Part shown: positions 30,201 through 39,216 of the stretch, piece by piece
Numbering within the stretch: the stretch's first letter is position 1
How the letters are laid out: each line of letters opens with the position of its first letter
IMG/VR virus record: IMGVR_UViG_3300011438_000005
Coordinates: 1 to 47,403 of that record
Length of the DNA stretch: 47,403 bases
Reading direction: 5' to 3' (one strand)
From: a virus
Notes under the pieces: generated by a model
What the model was told of the DNA's origin: nothing
Database searches by the model: none
The model's input: the letters and a program-made list of their open reading frames with translations, nothing else
Position numbers and translations under genes: made by a program

Positions 30201-33200
30201 GCGAGGTGCCGAAGGAGCTCCGCAAGCAGGTTGACGCGGTGCAGAAAGAGATCCGGGACCTCGAGGCGAAGCGCGCCAAGGCCGCCGGGAAGGCCGAGCC
30301 CGGCGACAAGGACGAGCAGGTCCGGCGCCAGATCGAGGCCCAGGATCCCGTGATGCGGCGCAGCACGACTCGCCGGGTGCACCTCGTCCTCGCCCCGGAC
30401 GAGGAGGGCGGCGCGCCGCGCTGGCAGGTCCTCGGCCCCGAGGCGCCCCCCGCCGGCGCCGAGATCCGGCCGGTGACCATGCCGGAGTGGCTCTCCGGCG
30501 AGCGGTTCGCCGGCGAGCGGCCGGCGTGGGAGTGGACCTGGAGCGCGCTCCAGGATGGCTCCGCAGCCCCGGAGCAGGCCCAGAAGCTCGTGCAGGCCTA
30601 CATGCGGCGGGCCTTTGAGGACTTCCCGCCCAACGACTTCGCGCTCCGCCAGGGGTACGCCGTCGCCCGGATCCTCGACGGCTTCGGCGGAAAGAAGCTC
30701 AAGAGCGTTTTCGACGACCTGCGCGCGTGGATGCGGCTCCCCGAGGGCGCCCGGCCGGAGGACCCGCTGCCCGAGGTGGCATGGGGGCACCTCATCGACT
30801 TCGCCCAGCGGGACATCCGGTACGTGACCACCCAGAAGGGCTTTGCGAACAAGCAGGTCACGTCGACCATGCTCGAGTGGCTGCGCATCACGCGCGCCGA
30901 GCTCGACCCTTCGAGGCCCACCTTCGCGAAGCGGCCGCCGAAGTTCTACGGCCAGGCCGTCACCCTCGAGGAAGCGCGCGCGCCCACCGCAGCCGACCCG
31001 ATCGCCGCGAAGCTCGAGGGCCTGCGCGCGCGGGCGGGCGAGCTCGAGGCGCAGGCGCGCGAGGCGCGCGTGCAGACCGCGGCGGCCCGGCCCAAGCTCG
31101 ACGCCCAGGCCGTGATCGACGTGGTCGGCGCCGACGCACAGGGCGCCTTCCGCGGCCTCATCGCCGAGGGCGGGATCCACCCCGACGAGCTCGCGAAGCG
31201 CCTCGGCCTCGAGGACGGCGTCGAGCTCCTCTCCGCGATGGCGGCCGCCCACCGAGAGAAGACCGGGGACGTCGGGGTCGTCGAGCTCGACCAGGGCGCG
31301 GTGGTGCTGCGCCAGGGCGAAGTCTCCGAGGCGAGCGGCTCGCCGTGGCACTCGGCCGTCGAGCGGGCGATCGAGTCGGTGCTGCTCAAGGTCAATACGA
31401 CCCCCCTCAAGGACGACGAGGCCACGCCGAGGGAGTGGCTCGCGAAGATCCGGAAGACCCCGGGCGTGAAGGCCGAGGAGATCGAGATTCTGGGTCTCGA
31501 CGCCCTGCTCGGCGGAGCGGACCAGACGAAGCGGGCCCGCTGGGCGATCGTCGCCGCGGTGCGCCAGCGGCGCATCGTCGTTACGGAGCGGATTCTCGGC
31601 GAGCCGCCGAAGCTCGACGCGATGGGCCAGGCCATCCGGCGCGCGATGGTGGAGGAGCTCCACGCCGAGGGGCTCGAATACGCTCCGGCGGGCGATGGCG
31701 CCGGGCCGGGCTTCCGGCTCGCCGACGAGCGGTTTGGGATCGTCACCCTTTCGCAGGCGCGCGACATAATGACGAGGCGGAGCAGGGGGGACCGCGGTGG
31801 CGTGTTCGCCCCGATCCCGGACTCCCAGCTCGAGGCGATCGTAAACGCCGGCGCGAACCTCGTGGCCCTCGAGAAGGACGGCGGGGACGGCATCCTCTGG
31901 TACCTCACCGACGGCGCGCCGGTCCCCGCCCACGGGAGCCTCATTTCCACCGCGGCATGGATCGCCCAGGAGCTCAGTCACCGGGAGCTCGAGGGCCGGG
32001 TCACGAAGGACATGCTCGAGCCCGTCCGAAAGACGCTCCAGGAGCAGCTCGACGCGAGCCTCGAGGAGACGGGCGCGAAGGTGATGCAGGTCTGGGAGAT
32101 GGGGGCCGACTCGTTCACTTTCAGTCCCCCGGGATTCCAGGTAATCGCCGGCGCGCTCGCTGGCGCCGGCCGAGGGGTCGGGCCGCGCTTCGCCACCCGG
32201 GCCGAGGCGGAGGCGCATGCGCTCGTGATGCAGAAGGCGTACCGGGAGCTCAAGCGCCCCGAGTACGAGTCGGCGGTGCGCACCTACCAGGGCCACCTCG
32301 ACAACCTCGCTTTCTTCGAGGGGAAGCACCTCGAGGAGTACGCGAGCCCGGAGGAGAAGCTCAAGGTTCACTACGGCGGCCCCCAGGGCTACACGGTCGG
32401 CAACGAGGCCGAGGGCACCTACCGAGAGATCCTCCTCTTCCGGCCCGAGCAGCCGACCGGAGTGAACGAGCTCCTGCGCCAGGGCTTCTACCAGTCGCCA
32501 CACTTCCAGGGGGACGCCGGCCTGAACGGCGACCTCATGGCCCACGCCCGGGTGTCGGAACACCGCCTCGGCGACGACTCGCGCGTCCTCCTCATCGAAG
32601 AGATCCAGTCGGACCTCCACCAGGCCGGACGAGAGAAGGGCTACACCGACGCGCAGGTCGACCCGGCCCGGTTCAAGGTGGACAGCGGGAAGACCACCCC
32701 CTCGGGCGTGACCCTCTGGCGCGTCGAGGACCCCGTCACGAGGCGCGTCGAGACCCTCCGGAGCGACTTCCAGCGGAACGTCGTCGACGAGGCGAGCGCG
32801 CGTGCGCACTTCGCGTCCCTGCTCGTGCGCGAGCTCCGCCAGGTGCAGGCCTCGAAGAAGGCGGTCCCGGATACCCCGTTCAAGGAGACCTGGGAGGAGC
32901 TCGTCGTCAAGCGCGTGCTGCGCTACGCGGCGGAGAAGGGCCACAACCGGATCGCCCTCACCCCGGGCGAGGTGCACACCCGCCGATGGGGCTCCGAGCT
33001 CATCGCGTGGGAGAAGGGCCCGAAGACGGAGAGCGCGCCGGAGCTCGTCGTGTCCTGGGAGGACGCGCGCGGGAAGCTCATGCGGGCGATCCAGGATCAC
33101 AGCGACACGGTGCAGCCCCGCAACGAGCGCTTTTGGTCCGGACGCCTCGCGGAACTATCGGAGGCGAAAACCGAGCAAGAGGCGGCTGACGCGATCGGCC

Positions 33201-36200
33201 GAGGTGGCGAGTCGTTCGCCGAGGCGATTCACCGGCTCGAGCGCGCCGAGCTCAACGGCTTCGGCCTCGGGGATCTCCTCGGCACGCACGAGGTCCAGGG
33301 GTTCCACCTCCGCGTGAAGGAGCAGTCGGGCGGCCAGGTGGCGGGGCTCAACCTCGAGGAGGCCGCGGTGGCGCGGGGCCTCGTGCACCAGGGCGGCGCG
33401 CCGGACTTCGTCGCCTCCGAGGCGGACCTCGAGGCGAAGCTCACCGCGAGCCTGCCCCGGTGGTCGGCGGAGCGCCGCGCGGCCGTCGCGAAGAAGCTCT
33501 GGGCGAAGATGCAGACCCAGGACCAGGGCGCGAGCGCGCCGCGCGCCGAGGCCTTCACCCAGGCCTACGACCGGAGGATCAAGGGCGTCCTCGAGAAGCT
33601 CGCGAAGAAGTACCGCGGCAAGCTCGAGGTGGCTCCCCTCGGCGACGTCTTCAAGGGCTCCGCCCGCTGGGAAATCTTCAGGATGAACCCCGGCGAGCTG
33701 CGCAACGCGCTCGCCTCGAAGATCAGCGTCCGGCTCGAGCAGCTTTGGCAGGCCGAAAAGGATCGCTACGCTGCCCTCACCCTCGAGGAGCAGCGGCGCC
33801 CGGACACGAAGCTCATGTCCGACGCGGAGCGCGAGACGGAGCGCTCGCTGCACAGCACGATCTCGAATCTCTCCGGTGGCTCAGACATTCTGCACGCGAT
33901 CGGCATCCCGGACCGCGACCCGGTGGGCACCTACAACGCCATGCGCGAGTGGTCGGATCGGGTGGGGATCCCCATCGACGACCTCGTGAACGATCCCCAC
34001 ATCGAGGTGTGGACGGTCGACCTGCCGCAGGAGGGCCGCAACCGGATCCTGCGCGAGGGCCTGCCCCTCTTCCAGGAGGGCCGCGGCCTCGTGAAGTTCC
34101 GGGTGCCCGGCTCCCCCGGCGAAGGGATCGAGCTCGACCTCACCCTGCTCGCCCGGGCCGACGAGTCGACCGCGGCGCACGAGCTCGGTCACTGGATGGG
34201 CCTCGTTCTCGGCCAGCTCGCGAGCCGCGTCGGCGCCGCGCCGGAGCTGCAAGGACTGTACGCGACGGCCCTGAAGGCGATGGGCTACACCGACCACGAC
34301 CAGCGGATCGCCGCGCTCCTCGAGCTCCAGGCGCTCGCACGCCGGGAGGCGGAGGGGGCCACCCTCACCGCGGCGGAGAAGACCCGCCGGACCACCCTCG
34401 AGGCCGGCGAGGAGCAGCTCTCCCACGCCTTCGAGCTCTACCTCTCCGAGGGCAAGGCCCCCACCGTGGAGCTCGGGCGCATCTTCTCCCGGTTCAAGCT
34501 CTGGATGGTCCGGATCTACAAGGGCCTCGCCGGCGTGCAAGCCACCTACGAAAAGGACTATGGGCGGCCGCTCGAGCTCTCCGACGACGTCCGGCGCATG
34601 TTCGACCGGATCCTCGGCGCGGACGAGGCGGTGCGCCAGGCGGAGCTCGACCTCGAGGGCGCCCAGCTCGAGGCGGCGGTGCGCGCGGCCGCCCCGCCGG
34701 CGGAGGCTGACCAGATCGTCCGGGACCTCCTCGAGGCGCGCCGCCTCGGCAAGGAGCAGGTCCACCGCCTCCTCCTCGCCGAGGACTCGCGCGAACGGCA
34801 GGAGTTCTTCCAGCGGGAGCGCGAGAAGGCCTCGACCGAGATCGCGGCCGAGCTCGACAAGCAGCCTGGGTACAGGGCGCAGCGGTTCCTCCGGGAGGGG
34901 GTCATGCCCGAGGGCCAGGCGCTCCCCGACGAGCTCGTGACCGACGTCGGCGAGCCCCGCATGCTCGACCGCGACGAGGCGGTCGCCCGGTACGGCGCCG
35001 ATTTCGTGAACCGGGCGCTCCGCGGCCTCACCACCCGCGGCGACCGGGCCGTCCCCGCGGACGTCGCGGCCGAGGCCTTCGAGTTCAAGAGCGGCGACGA
35101 GCTCGTGCAGGCGCTCGCGAAGCTGCCGAACCGGGCCGAGACGATCCGCACGCGCGTGGAGGAGCGGCTCCAGCGGGACTTCGGCCCGACGCTGCTCGAG
35201 AACCCCGCGAAGCTCGCCGACGAGGCGATGGACGGGATCCACAACGAGGCGAAGGCCCGGTCCATCCTCGCCGGGATGCGCCTGCTCGCCCGCAAGCTCT
35301 ACCCAGCGCTCGACCCTCGCTTCCGGTCCGTCGACCTGGTCGCGCTCGAGCGGCGCGCGCGCGAGCTCGTCGACGAGCGGCCGCTCACCGAGGCGGCGCC
35401 GGGCCGGGCCCTCCAAGCGGAGAAGCGCCAGGGCCGGCTCGCCCTCGAGCTGCTCGGGAAGGCCGTCCGCGAGAAGGACGAGACCACCCGGCGGGAGATC
35501 GCGGCGCAGGCCTTCGACGCGCATGAACAGGCGCTCTTCTCACACTTCATGTGGAGGGCCGCGAAGGAGGCCCGGGACCAGGCCGACAAGGACGTCGCCC
35601 GCCTGCGCACCGTCTCGGGGCCCCGGATCCGGGCCGACCTCGGCAAGGCCGGCGCCGACTATCAGGAGCGCGTCGACGACCTGCTCGCCTCCGTCGAGCT
35701 GCGCGCCTCGAGGAGCGTCGCCGAGGTGGGCCGGCGCCGGGATATCAACGCCGCGGCCGGTGGCGACACCGTCGCGGCCGCCTCCATGCTCGCCTGGATC
35801 GAGCAGCAGCGCGCGCTCAACCGCGACCCCTACGTGCCCGACCGGGTGATCGAGCTCCTGAAGAAGACCCAACACTGGCGCGAGCTCACGCCGGCGGAGC
35901 TCGCCGACCTCCGCTCCACGGTCGACTCCATCGTCCACCTCGCCCACGTGAAGACGACCCTCCTCACCACCCAGGGGCGGCGGGAGCGGAAGGCAATCAT
36001 CGGCGAGCTCTCCCAGCGGCTCTTCGAGAGCTTCGGCGACAACGCGATCGTCGTCGACCGGAACACCCTCTCCTTCAAGAAGAGGGCGCTTCGCGCCGTC
36101 AAGCGGCTCCAGGCCGGCGTGATCCGGCCCGAGGAGTTCTTCCGGGAGGCGGACGGCGGCGACCTCAACGGCCCCTTTACTCGCTACCTCTGGAACGTGG

Positions 36201-38173
36201 TCTCCGACTCCGCGCACAGGTGGAGCGACCTCGCCGACCAGGTGGCGAAGCCGGTGCTCGCCGAGCTCGAAAAAATGCCCATGAGCGAGAAGCTGCGCTG
36301 GCGCGGCGAGCGGTTCACCGTGAAGGGCCAGCCCTACACGATGGAGGCCGCGCTCGCCGTGGCGCTCAACTGGGGCAACCCCTCCAACCGCCAGAAGCTC
36401 GTGAAGGGGTGGAGATACGGCGGCCTCGAGAAGTTCGGCCTCCAGGCATGGGATGGCCCGGAGACCGGGCAGGAGTTCCTCCGCCACCTCACCGCTGGCG
36501 ACTGGAAGCTCGTGCAGCGGATCTGGGACCAGCTCGAGACCCTTTGGCCCCAGATGGAGGAGCTCGAAAAGCGCATGACCGGCCTCGCCCCGCCGAAGAT
36601 CAAGCGGGAGAAGTTCACCGTGCGCACCCCCGACGGCCAGGACCTCGAGCTCGACGGCGGGTACTATCCGATGGTCTATGATCGGCGCTTCTCCAGGGCC
36701 GGCGCGGCGCAGGGCGAGAAGAGCGACCTCGGCTCCTTCCAGCTCTTCTCCCCCGGCGCGGAGCGCGCGATCACTCCCCACGGGCACCTCAACGCCCGCG
36801 TCGAGGACTTCGCCAGGCCGGTGGACCTCTCCCTCGTCGGCCTGTACCGCCACATGGGGCACGCCACGAAGGACGTCGCCATGCGCGAGGCCTTGATCTC
36901 GGTCCACGAGATCCTCACCGACTCGGACTTCCGGGCCGCCCTCCAGCGCACCGCCGGCGAGGAGGTCCTGCCGCTCCTCGACAAGTGGCTGCGCGACACC
37001 GCGAACGACCTCGTGATCCCGGACGGCGGCGAGGGCCAGTGGCTCGCGTTCAACAACATAACGCGCTCCGGCCTCACCGGCTCGATCTTCGCCTTCAACG
37101 CGGCGCAGAGTCTTCAGAACCTCACCGGCGTCTTCAACGCTGCCGACCGCGTCGACGCCCGGTACCTCTGGAAGGGGATCTCGCAAGTCTCGAAGCAGCG
37201 CGGCGCCGTGATCGAGTGGATCAAGCGCGTCGACCCGGAAATGCGGCACCGCGCCCGGAACCTCGACCGCGACCTGGCGGCCGAGTTCCGCCGCACCCTC
37301 GGGCGAACGGGCCCGGTCGCGCGCGCGAAGCAGGTCGCGATGTGGGCCTTCCAGGCCTCCGACGCCGTGACCGCGTACGCCGTGTGGCTCGGCGCCTACC
37401 ACCAGGCGCTCGACGGGAAGGTCGACGGGGTCGGCACCACCCAGCAGGAGGCCGTGCGCTGGGCCTCCCAGACCGTCCGCCTCTCGTTGACGTCCAACAT
37501 GACGAAAGACCTCCCCGCGCTCATGCGCTCGCCGCACGCCAAGTGGTTCACGATGTTCGCGGGCTGGGCGAATAGCCGCCTCAACCGCCTGATCGCCGGC
37601 TCGAGCGACGCCAGGCGCGACTGGAGCGACAAGCGGCGCGGCCGGGCGATCCGGAAGTTCACCCGCATCACCTTCTGGTTCCTCGCCGCGGCCGTGATCT
37701 CTGACCTCGCGGTAGGGAAGGGCGCCCAGGACGACGACGAGGACGGGCGCGTCGACGGGGCCGACTGGGCCCGCTTCATCGCCCGCCGCGCCGCGCTCGC
37801 TCCGTTCTCGGTCGTGCCGCTCGTCGGCCCCCTGGCCCGGGCGGTCGTCGACAAGCGCAGGGACGTCTCCCTCGCCCCGGTCGAGCGAATCTACTCCCAG
37901 GCCGCGCAGGCCATCGGCACCGGCATCGACGCGGGGCGCAAGTGGCTCGCCGGCGACGAGGAGTGGACCCAGGATCTCGCCGACTTCGCCCTCTCCGGCG
38001 CCGAGGCCGCGGCGATGGGCACCGGCCTTCCCGTCTCCCAGGCGAAGGCCTCGCTCGGCTACTGGCTCGACCCGGACCGCGACCCGGAGGACACCGCCCT
38101 CGAGCGGGCACTCGGCACCACGTACGGGAAGAAGCGCAAGGGCTCCCTCTCGACTGCCCTCACAGGAGAATGA
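27254..38173 (+). CDS. Giant 3,639-aa protein in the gp16 (ejectosome/internal core) position; multi-domain polyvalent-type protein with a GGDEF-like domain and an HExxH motif
   Basis: Uninterrupted track ORF of 10,920 nt with G/C-rich third positions throughout. ATG 27254 lies 6 nt after the upstream stop. Features by amino-acid position: a Gly/Ala-rich hydrophobic stretch (about 255-315), GGDEF-like domain (about 765-910, STGDEF at 840-845), EEIQSD block (about 1782), HELGH (2309-2313) and a C-terminal TM helix (FTRITFWFLAAAVISDLAV). Confidence 0.85.
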   Translation: MPLTPAEAIDAARKGDRAALGLVREEPTVPVAAPAEEQPIGPPEPPRVTPAEAVAGARARAGQERDLDAGFQAWKATQTSLTPERGIDVAMVARATGKPFDFVADHLDELKKGVDQERLKKGILESPTLQRLMQDPQSAAVVKDRLDDFSTWEWIFGRWTRTPTKRWDPLANGYAYELKGPETMADAPAWVQAARGGWAESVQVPALAAKVLGGQGTPEDEAELERLDKEYGGRTYGAHNPATRALVGAPKMLPYIVGSALARLAGGAAAGLAGGGAGAAAGAPAAGVGAVPGAAVGGISAAAVGQYVAGAAFDFFENVGPLYLQLRRMKNADGDPLLSDEEAKGYAVSTSAGLSLLTSGIGAKVATSVPWLKDVLKKQAERGAQAAFVHAGGAEALKYATIQYGKHVASGAALMATQAAGNAATVELSRAQHGEAADWWNVGRAARDGAVTGLQDMLLIAGWTPAREYLREVGLTAQIQAEGLRYDALIEQAGKSKILEHPETGDHVLDQVALAQGSPVMLADPAGWDAYWTGRKFNPREVAGEVAGDSGAQYDRAKAGLDTDLSFPLQKWASKFKGTEHLLGLRDDVKFTGETRTRRQQAAWAKQLEGLRKVAEGVGKDEQVGELDGIEHAKYLEVLAAKPELGEAHAQAVARLFRDSIAFFASKAQLTPAQVAQQFPLPIHGEGPAGPRVATPAPEGVPVPEVQARPQGPATPPVGPVEAPGPRRPAEWPAGRGKDLPAETRALILAAYRGDRRAILQLKRAAFVDALVPQVGNQRAHEEFLRSKGSEGGVHVVLDMPGLKARNDLYGQIAGDQALQVFGRELAEASRPQRGKAHRMSTGDEFYGHFDTAAQADAFLEDFKGRLAGPAGKLREKDQLSLYAGVGATKEAAVAELVKAKGAAKAKYGDSRAGGALGHGESFVSRDELAVVAPPSAVSPAPAKDVGKAAERAFSFLRSGKGGAELADLVRAAKEASAAGGKGEVPKELRKQVDAVQKEIRDLEAKRAKAAGKAEPGDKDEQVRRQIEAQDPVMRRSTTRRVHLVLAPDEEGGAPRWQVLGPEAPPAGAEIRPVTMPEWLSGERFAGERPAWEWTWSALQDGSAAPEQAQKLVQAYMRRAFEDFPPNDFALRQGYAVARILDGFGGKKLKSVFDDLRAWMRLPEGARPEDPLPEVAWGHLIDFAQRDIRYVTTQKGFANKQVTSTMLEWLRITRAELDPSRPTFAKRPPKFYGQAVTLEEARAPTAADPIAAKLEGLRARAGELEAQAREARVQTAAARPKLDAQAVIDVVGADAQGAFRGLIAEGGIHPDELAKRLGLEDGVELLSAMAAAHREKTGDVGVVELDQGAVVLRQGEVSEASGSPWHSAVERAIESVLLKVNTTPLKDDEATPREWLAKIRKTPGVKAEEIEILGLDALLGGADQTKRARWAIVAAVRQRRIVVTERILGEPPKLDAMGQAIRRAMVEELHAEGLEYAPAGDGAGPGFRLADERFGIVTLSQARDIMTRRSRGDRGGVFAPIPDSQLEAIVNAGANLVALEKDGGDGILWYLTDGAPVPAHGSLISTAAWIAQELSHRELEGRVTKDMLEPVRKTLQEQLDASLEETGAKVMQVWEMGADSFTFSPPGFQVIAGALAGAGRGVGPRFATRAEAEAHALVMQKAYRELKRPEYESAVRTYQGHLDNLAFFEGKHLEEYASPEEKLKVHYGGPQGYTVGNEAEGTYREILLFRPEQPTGVNELLRQGFYQSPHFQGDAGLNGDLMAHARVSEHRLGDDSRVLLIEEIQSDLHQAGREKGYTDAQVDPARFKVDSGKTTPSGVTLWRVEDPVTRRVETLRSDFQRNVVDEASARAHFASLLVRELRQVQASKKAVPDTPFKETWEELVVKRVLRYAAEKGHNRIALTPGEVHTRRWGSELIAWEKGPKTESAPELVVSWEDARGKLMRAIQDHSDTVQPRNERFWSGRLAELSEAKTEQEAADAIGRGGESFAEAIHRLERAELNGFGLGDLLGTHEVQGFHLRVKEQSGGQVAGLNLEEAAVARGLVHQGGAPDFVASEADLEAKLTASLPRWSAERRAAVAKKLWAKMQTQDQGASAPRAEAFTQAYDRRIKGVLEKLAKKYRGKLEVAPLGDVFKGSARWEIFRMNPGELRNALASKISVRLEQLWQAEKDRYAALTLEEQRRPDTKLMSDAERETERSLHSTISNLSGGSDILHAIGIPDRDPVGTYNAMREWSDRVGIPIDDLVNDPHIEVWTVDLPQEGRNRILREGLPLFQEGRGLVKFRVPGSPGEGIELDLTLLARADESTAAHELGHWMGLVLGQLASRVGAAPELQGLYATALKAMGYTDHDQRIAALLELQALARREAEGATLTAAEKTRRTTLEAGEEQLSHAFELYLSEGKAPTVELGRIFSRFKLWMVRIYKGLAGVQATYEKDYGRPLELSDDVRRMFDRILGADEAVRQAELDLEGAQLEAAVRAAAPPAEADQIVRDLLEARRLGKEQVHRLLLAEDSRERQEFFQREREKASTEIAAELDKQPGYRAQRFLREGVMPEGQALPDELVTDVGEPRMLDRDEAVARYGADFVNRALRGLTTRGDRAVPADVAAEAFEFKSGDELVQALAKLPNRAETIRTRVEERLQRDFGPTLLENPAKLADEAMDGIHNEAKARSILAGMRLLARKLYPALDPRFRSVDLVALERRARELVDERPLTEAAPGRALQAEKRQGRLALELLGKAVREKDETTRREIAAQAFDAHEQALFSHFMWRAAKEARDQADKDVARLRTVSGPRIRADLGKAGADYQERVDDLLASVELRASRSVAEVGRRRDINAAAGGDTVAAASMLAWIEQQRALNRDPYVPDRVIELLKKTQHWRELTPAELADLRSTVDSIVHLAHVKTTLLTTQGRRERKAIIGELSQRLFESFGDNAIVVDRNTLSFKKRALRAVKRLQAGVIRPEEFFREADGGDLNGPFTRYLWNVVSDSAHRWSDLADQVAKPVLAELEKMPMSEKLRWRGERFTVKGQPYTMEAALAVALNWGNPSNRQKLVKGWRYGGLEKFGLQAWDGPETGQEFLRHLTAGDWKLVQRIWDQLETLWPQMEELEKRMTGLAPPKIKREKFTVRTPDGQDLELDGGYYPMVYDRRFSRAGAAQGEKSDLGSFQLFSPGAERAITPHGHLNARVEDFARPVDLSLVGLYRHMGHATKDVAMREALISVHEILTDSDFRAALQRTAGEEVLPLLDKWLRDTANDLVIPDGGEGQWLAFNNITRSGLTGSIFAFNAAQSLQNLTGVFNAADRVDARYLWKGISQVSKQRGAVIEWIKRVDPEMRHRARNLDRDLAAEFRRTLGRTGPVARAKQVAMWAFQASDAVTAYAVWLGAYHQALDGKVDGVGTTQQEAVRWASQTVRLSLTSNMTKDLPALMRSPHAKWFTMFAGWANSRLNRLIAGSSDARRDWSDKRRGRAIRKFTRITFWFLAAAVISDLAVGKGAQDDDEDGRVDGADWARFIARRAALAPFSVVPLVGPLARAVVDKRRDVSLAPVERIYSQAAQAIGTGIDAGRKWLAGDEEWTQDLADFALSGAEAAAMGTGLPVSQAKASLGYWLDPDRDPEDTALERALGTTYGKKRKGSLSTALTGE

Positions 38174-38175
38174 CC

Positions 38176-39183
38176 ATGAAGAAGCTCCTCCCCCTGCTCC
38201 TCCTCCTCGCCGGCCAGGCGCTCGGCGCGGTCCCCTCGGCCACGAGCTCGAGCGGCCCGTATACCTGTAACGGCGTCACCACCGCCTACACCGCGGGCTT
38301 CCCCTTCCACGCGAACGCCGACCTGGTCGTCCGCAAGACCTTCACCTCGACGGGCGCCACCTCCACCCTCACGATCACCACCGACTACACGGTCACCGGC
38401 GCCGGCGCGGCCGCGGGCGGGACCGTGACCCTCGTCGCCGGCTCGGTGTGTACCTCGGGCTGGACGCTCACGATCAAGCGGGTCGTGCCCATCACCCAGC
38501 CCCTCGCGCTCTCCCCGTCCGGCTCGTACCAGGCGACGGCGAAGCCTATCGAGCGGTCCGGCTTCGATCGGCAGACCTTCATTTCCCAGCAGCTCGACCG
38601 GGAGAAGGCGCAGGTATCGGGCGGCCTGCCCTGTGCCGCGGGAGACTTCCTCACCAGCGCCGACGGTCGCGTGCTCGACTGCGCAACGCCGGCAAGCGGC
38701 GGTGGCACGGTGACCCTCGACGGGGGGACGACGCTCGAATCGGGCACGGGGATCCCCACCGCCCCGGCCGGTCCGGCGAGCCTCTACATGCGAAGGTCCG
38801 ACGGCACCCTGTGGATGTTCTACGAGTCCGCTTGGCACCTCATCGCCGGGCCCGGCTCCTCGAGCGGTGGCGGTCCCGTGGCGGCCTTCGTGGTCGAGCA
38901 GGGATCCGCGGGCACAATCTCGAAGCAGGTCGGGTGTACGGTGGTGAACGCGGGAGCTCCTGGCTTCGGGCCCTACGTGGTAACGCTCGACGTTCCCCTC
39001 GCGCTCAACCGTCAGGCGATCGTCGTCTCCGGGCAACCCTTCGCGGGCGACGCGGTGGTCGTTAATTACATCAAGTCCTCCACGACCACGATCCTCGTCT
39101 TCACAGAGGAGTGGGTCGCCGGTGCCTTCGCCTACGGGAACGACGTCGGGATCTCGTTCTCGCTCTTCGATCTCGGACCGTAA
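38176..39183 (+). CDS. Putative tail fibre protein with a signal-peptide-like N-terminus (335 aa)
   Basis: Track ORF 37942..39183 trimmed to ATG 38176, with an AGGAGAA RBS. It occupies the gp17 position. YTCNGVTTAYTAGFPFHANADLVVRK ... TDYTVTG ... GTVTL is a common tail-fibre N-terminal pattern. The N-terminus is MKKLLPLLLLLAGQALGA. Confidence 0.6.
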   Translation: MKKLLPLLLLLAGQALGAVPSATSSSGPYTCNGVTTAYTAGFPFHANADLVVRKTFTSTGATSTLTITTDYTVTGAGAAAGGTVTLVAGSVCTSGWTLTIKRVVPITQPLALSPSGSYQATAKPIERSGFDRQTFISQQLDREKAQVSGGLPCAAGDFLTSADGRVLDCATPASGGGTVTLDGGTTLESGTGIPTAPAGPASLYMRRSDGTLWMFYESAWHLIAGPGSSSGGGPVAAFVVEQGSAGTISKQVGCTVVNAGAPGFGPYVVTLDVPLALNRQAIVVSGQPFAGDAVVVNYIKSSTTTILVFTEEWVAGAFAYGNDVGISFSLFDLGP

Positions 39184-39216
39184 AGGATGCGCCACCCGCA
39201 CAAAAAGGAGCTCCGC

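Noticed and set aside
25187-33100. 2,637-aa ORF on the minus strand, the second-longest ORF in the track
   Set aside because: It lies antisense to the gp15-position gene and the giant gene. Its translation is dominated by Arg/Gly/Leu/Ala/Pro/Glu runs (for example RRRRRDGGGGRHHRE) with no recognisable motif, and it has no RBS or start context. Long stop-free antisense frames are expected at about 70% G+C. The plus-strand frame has ordinary protein composition, G/C-rich third positions and recognisable domains.
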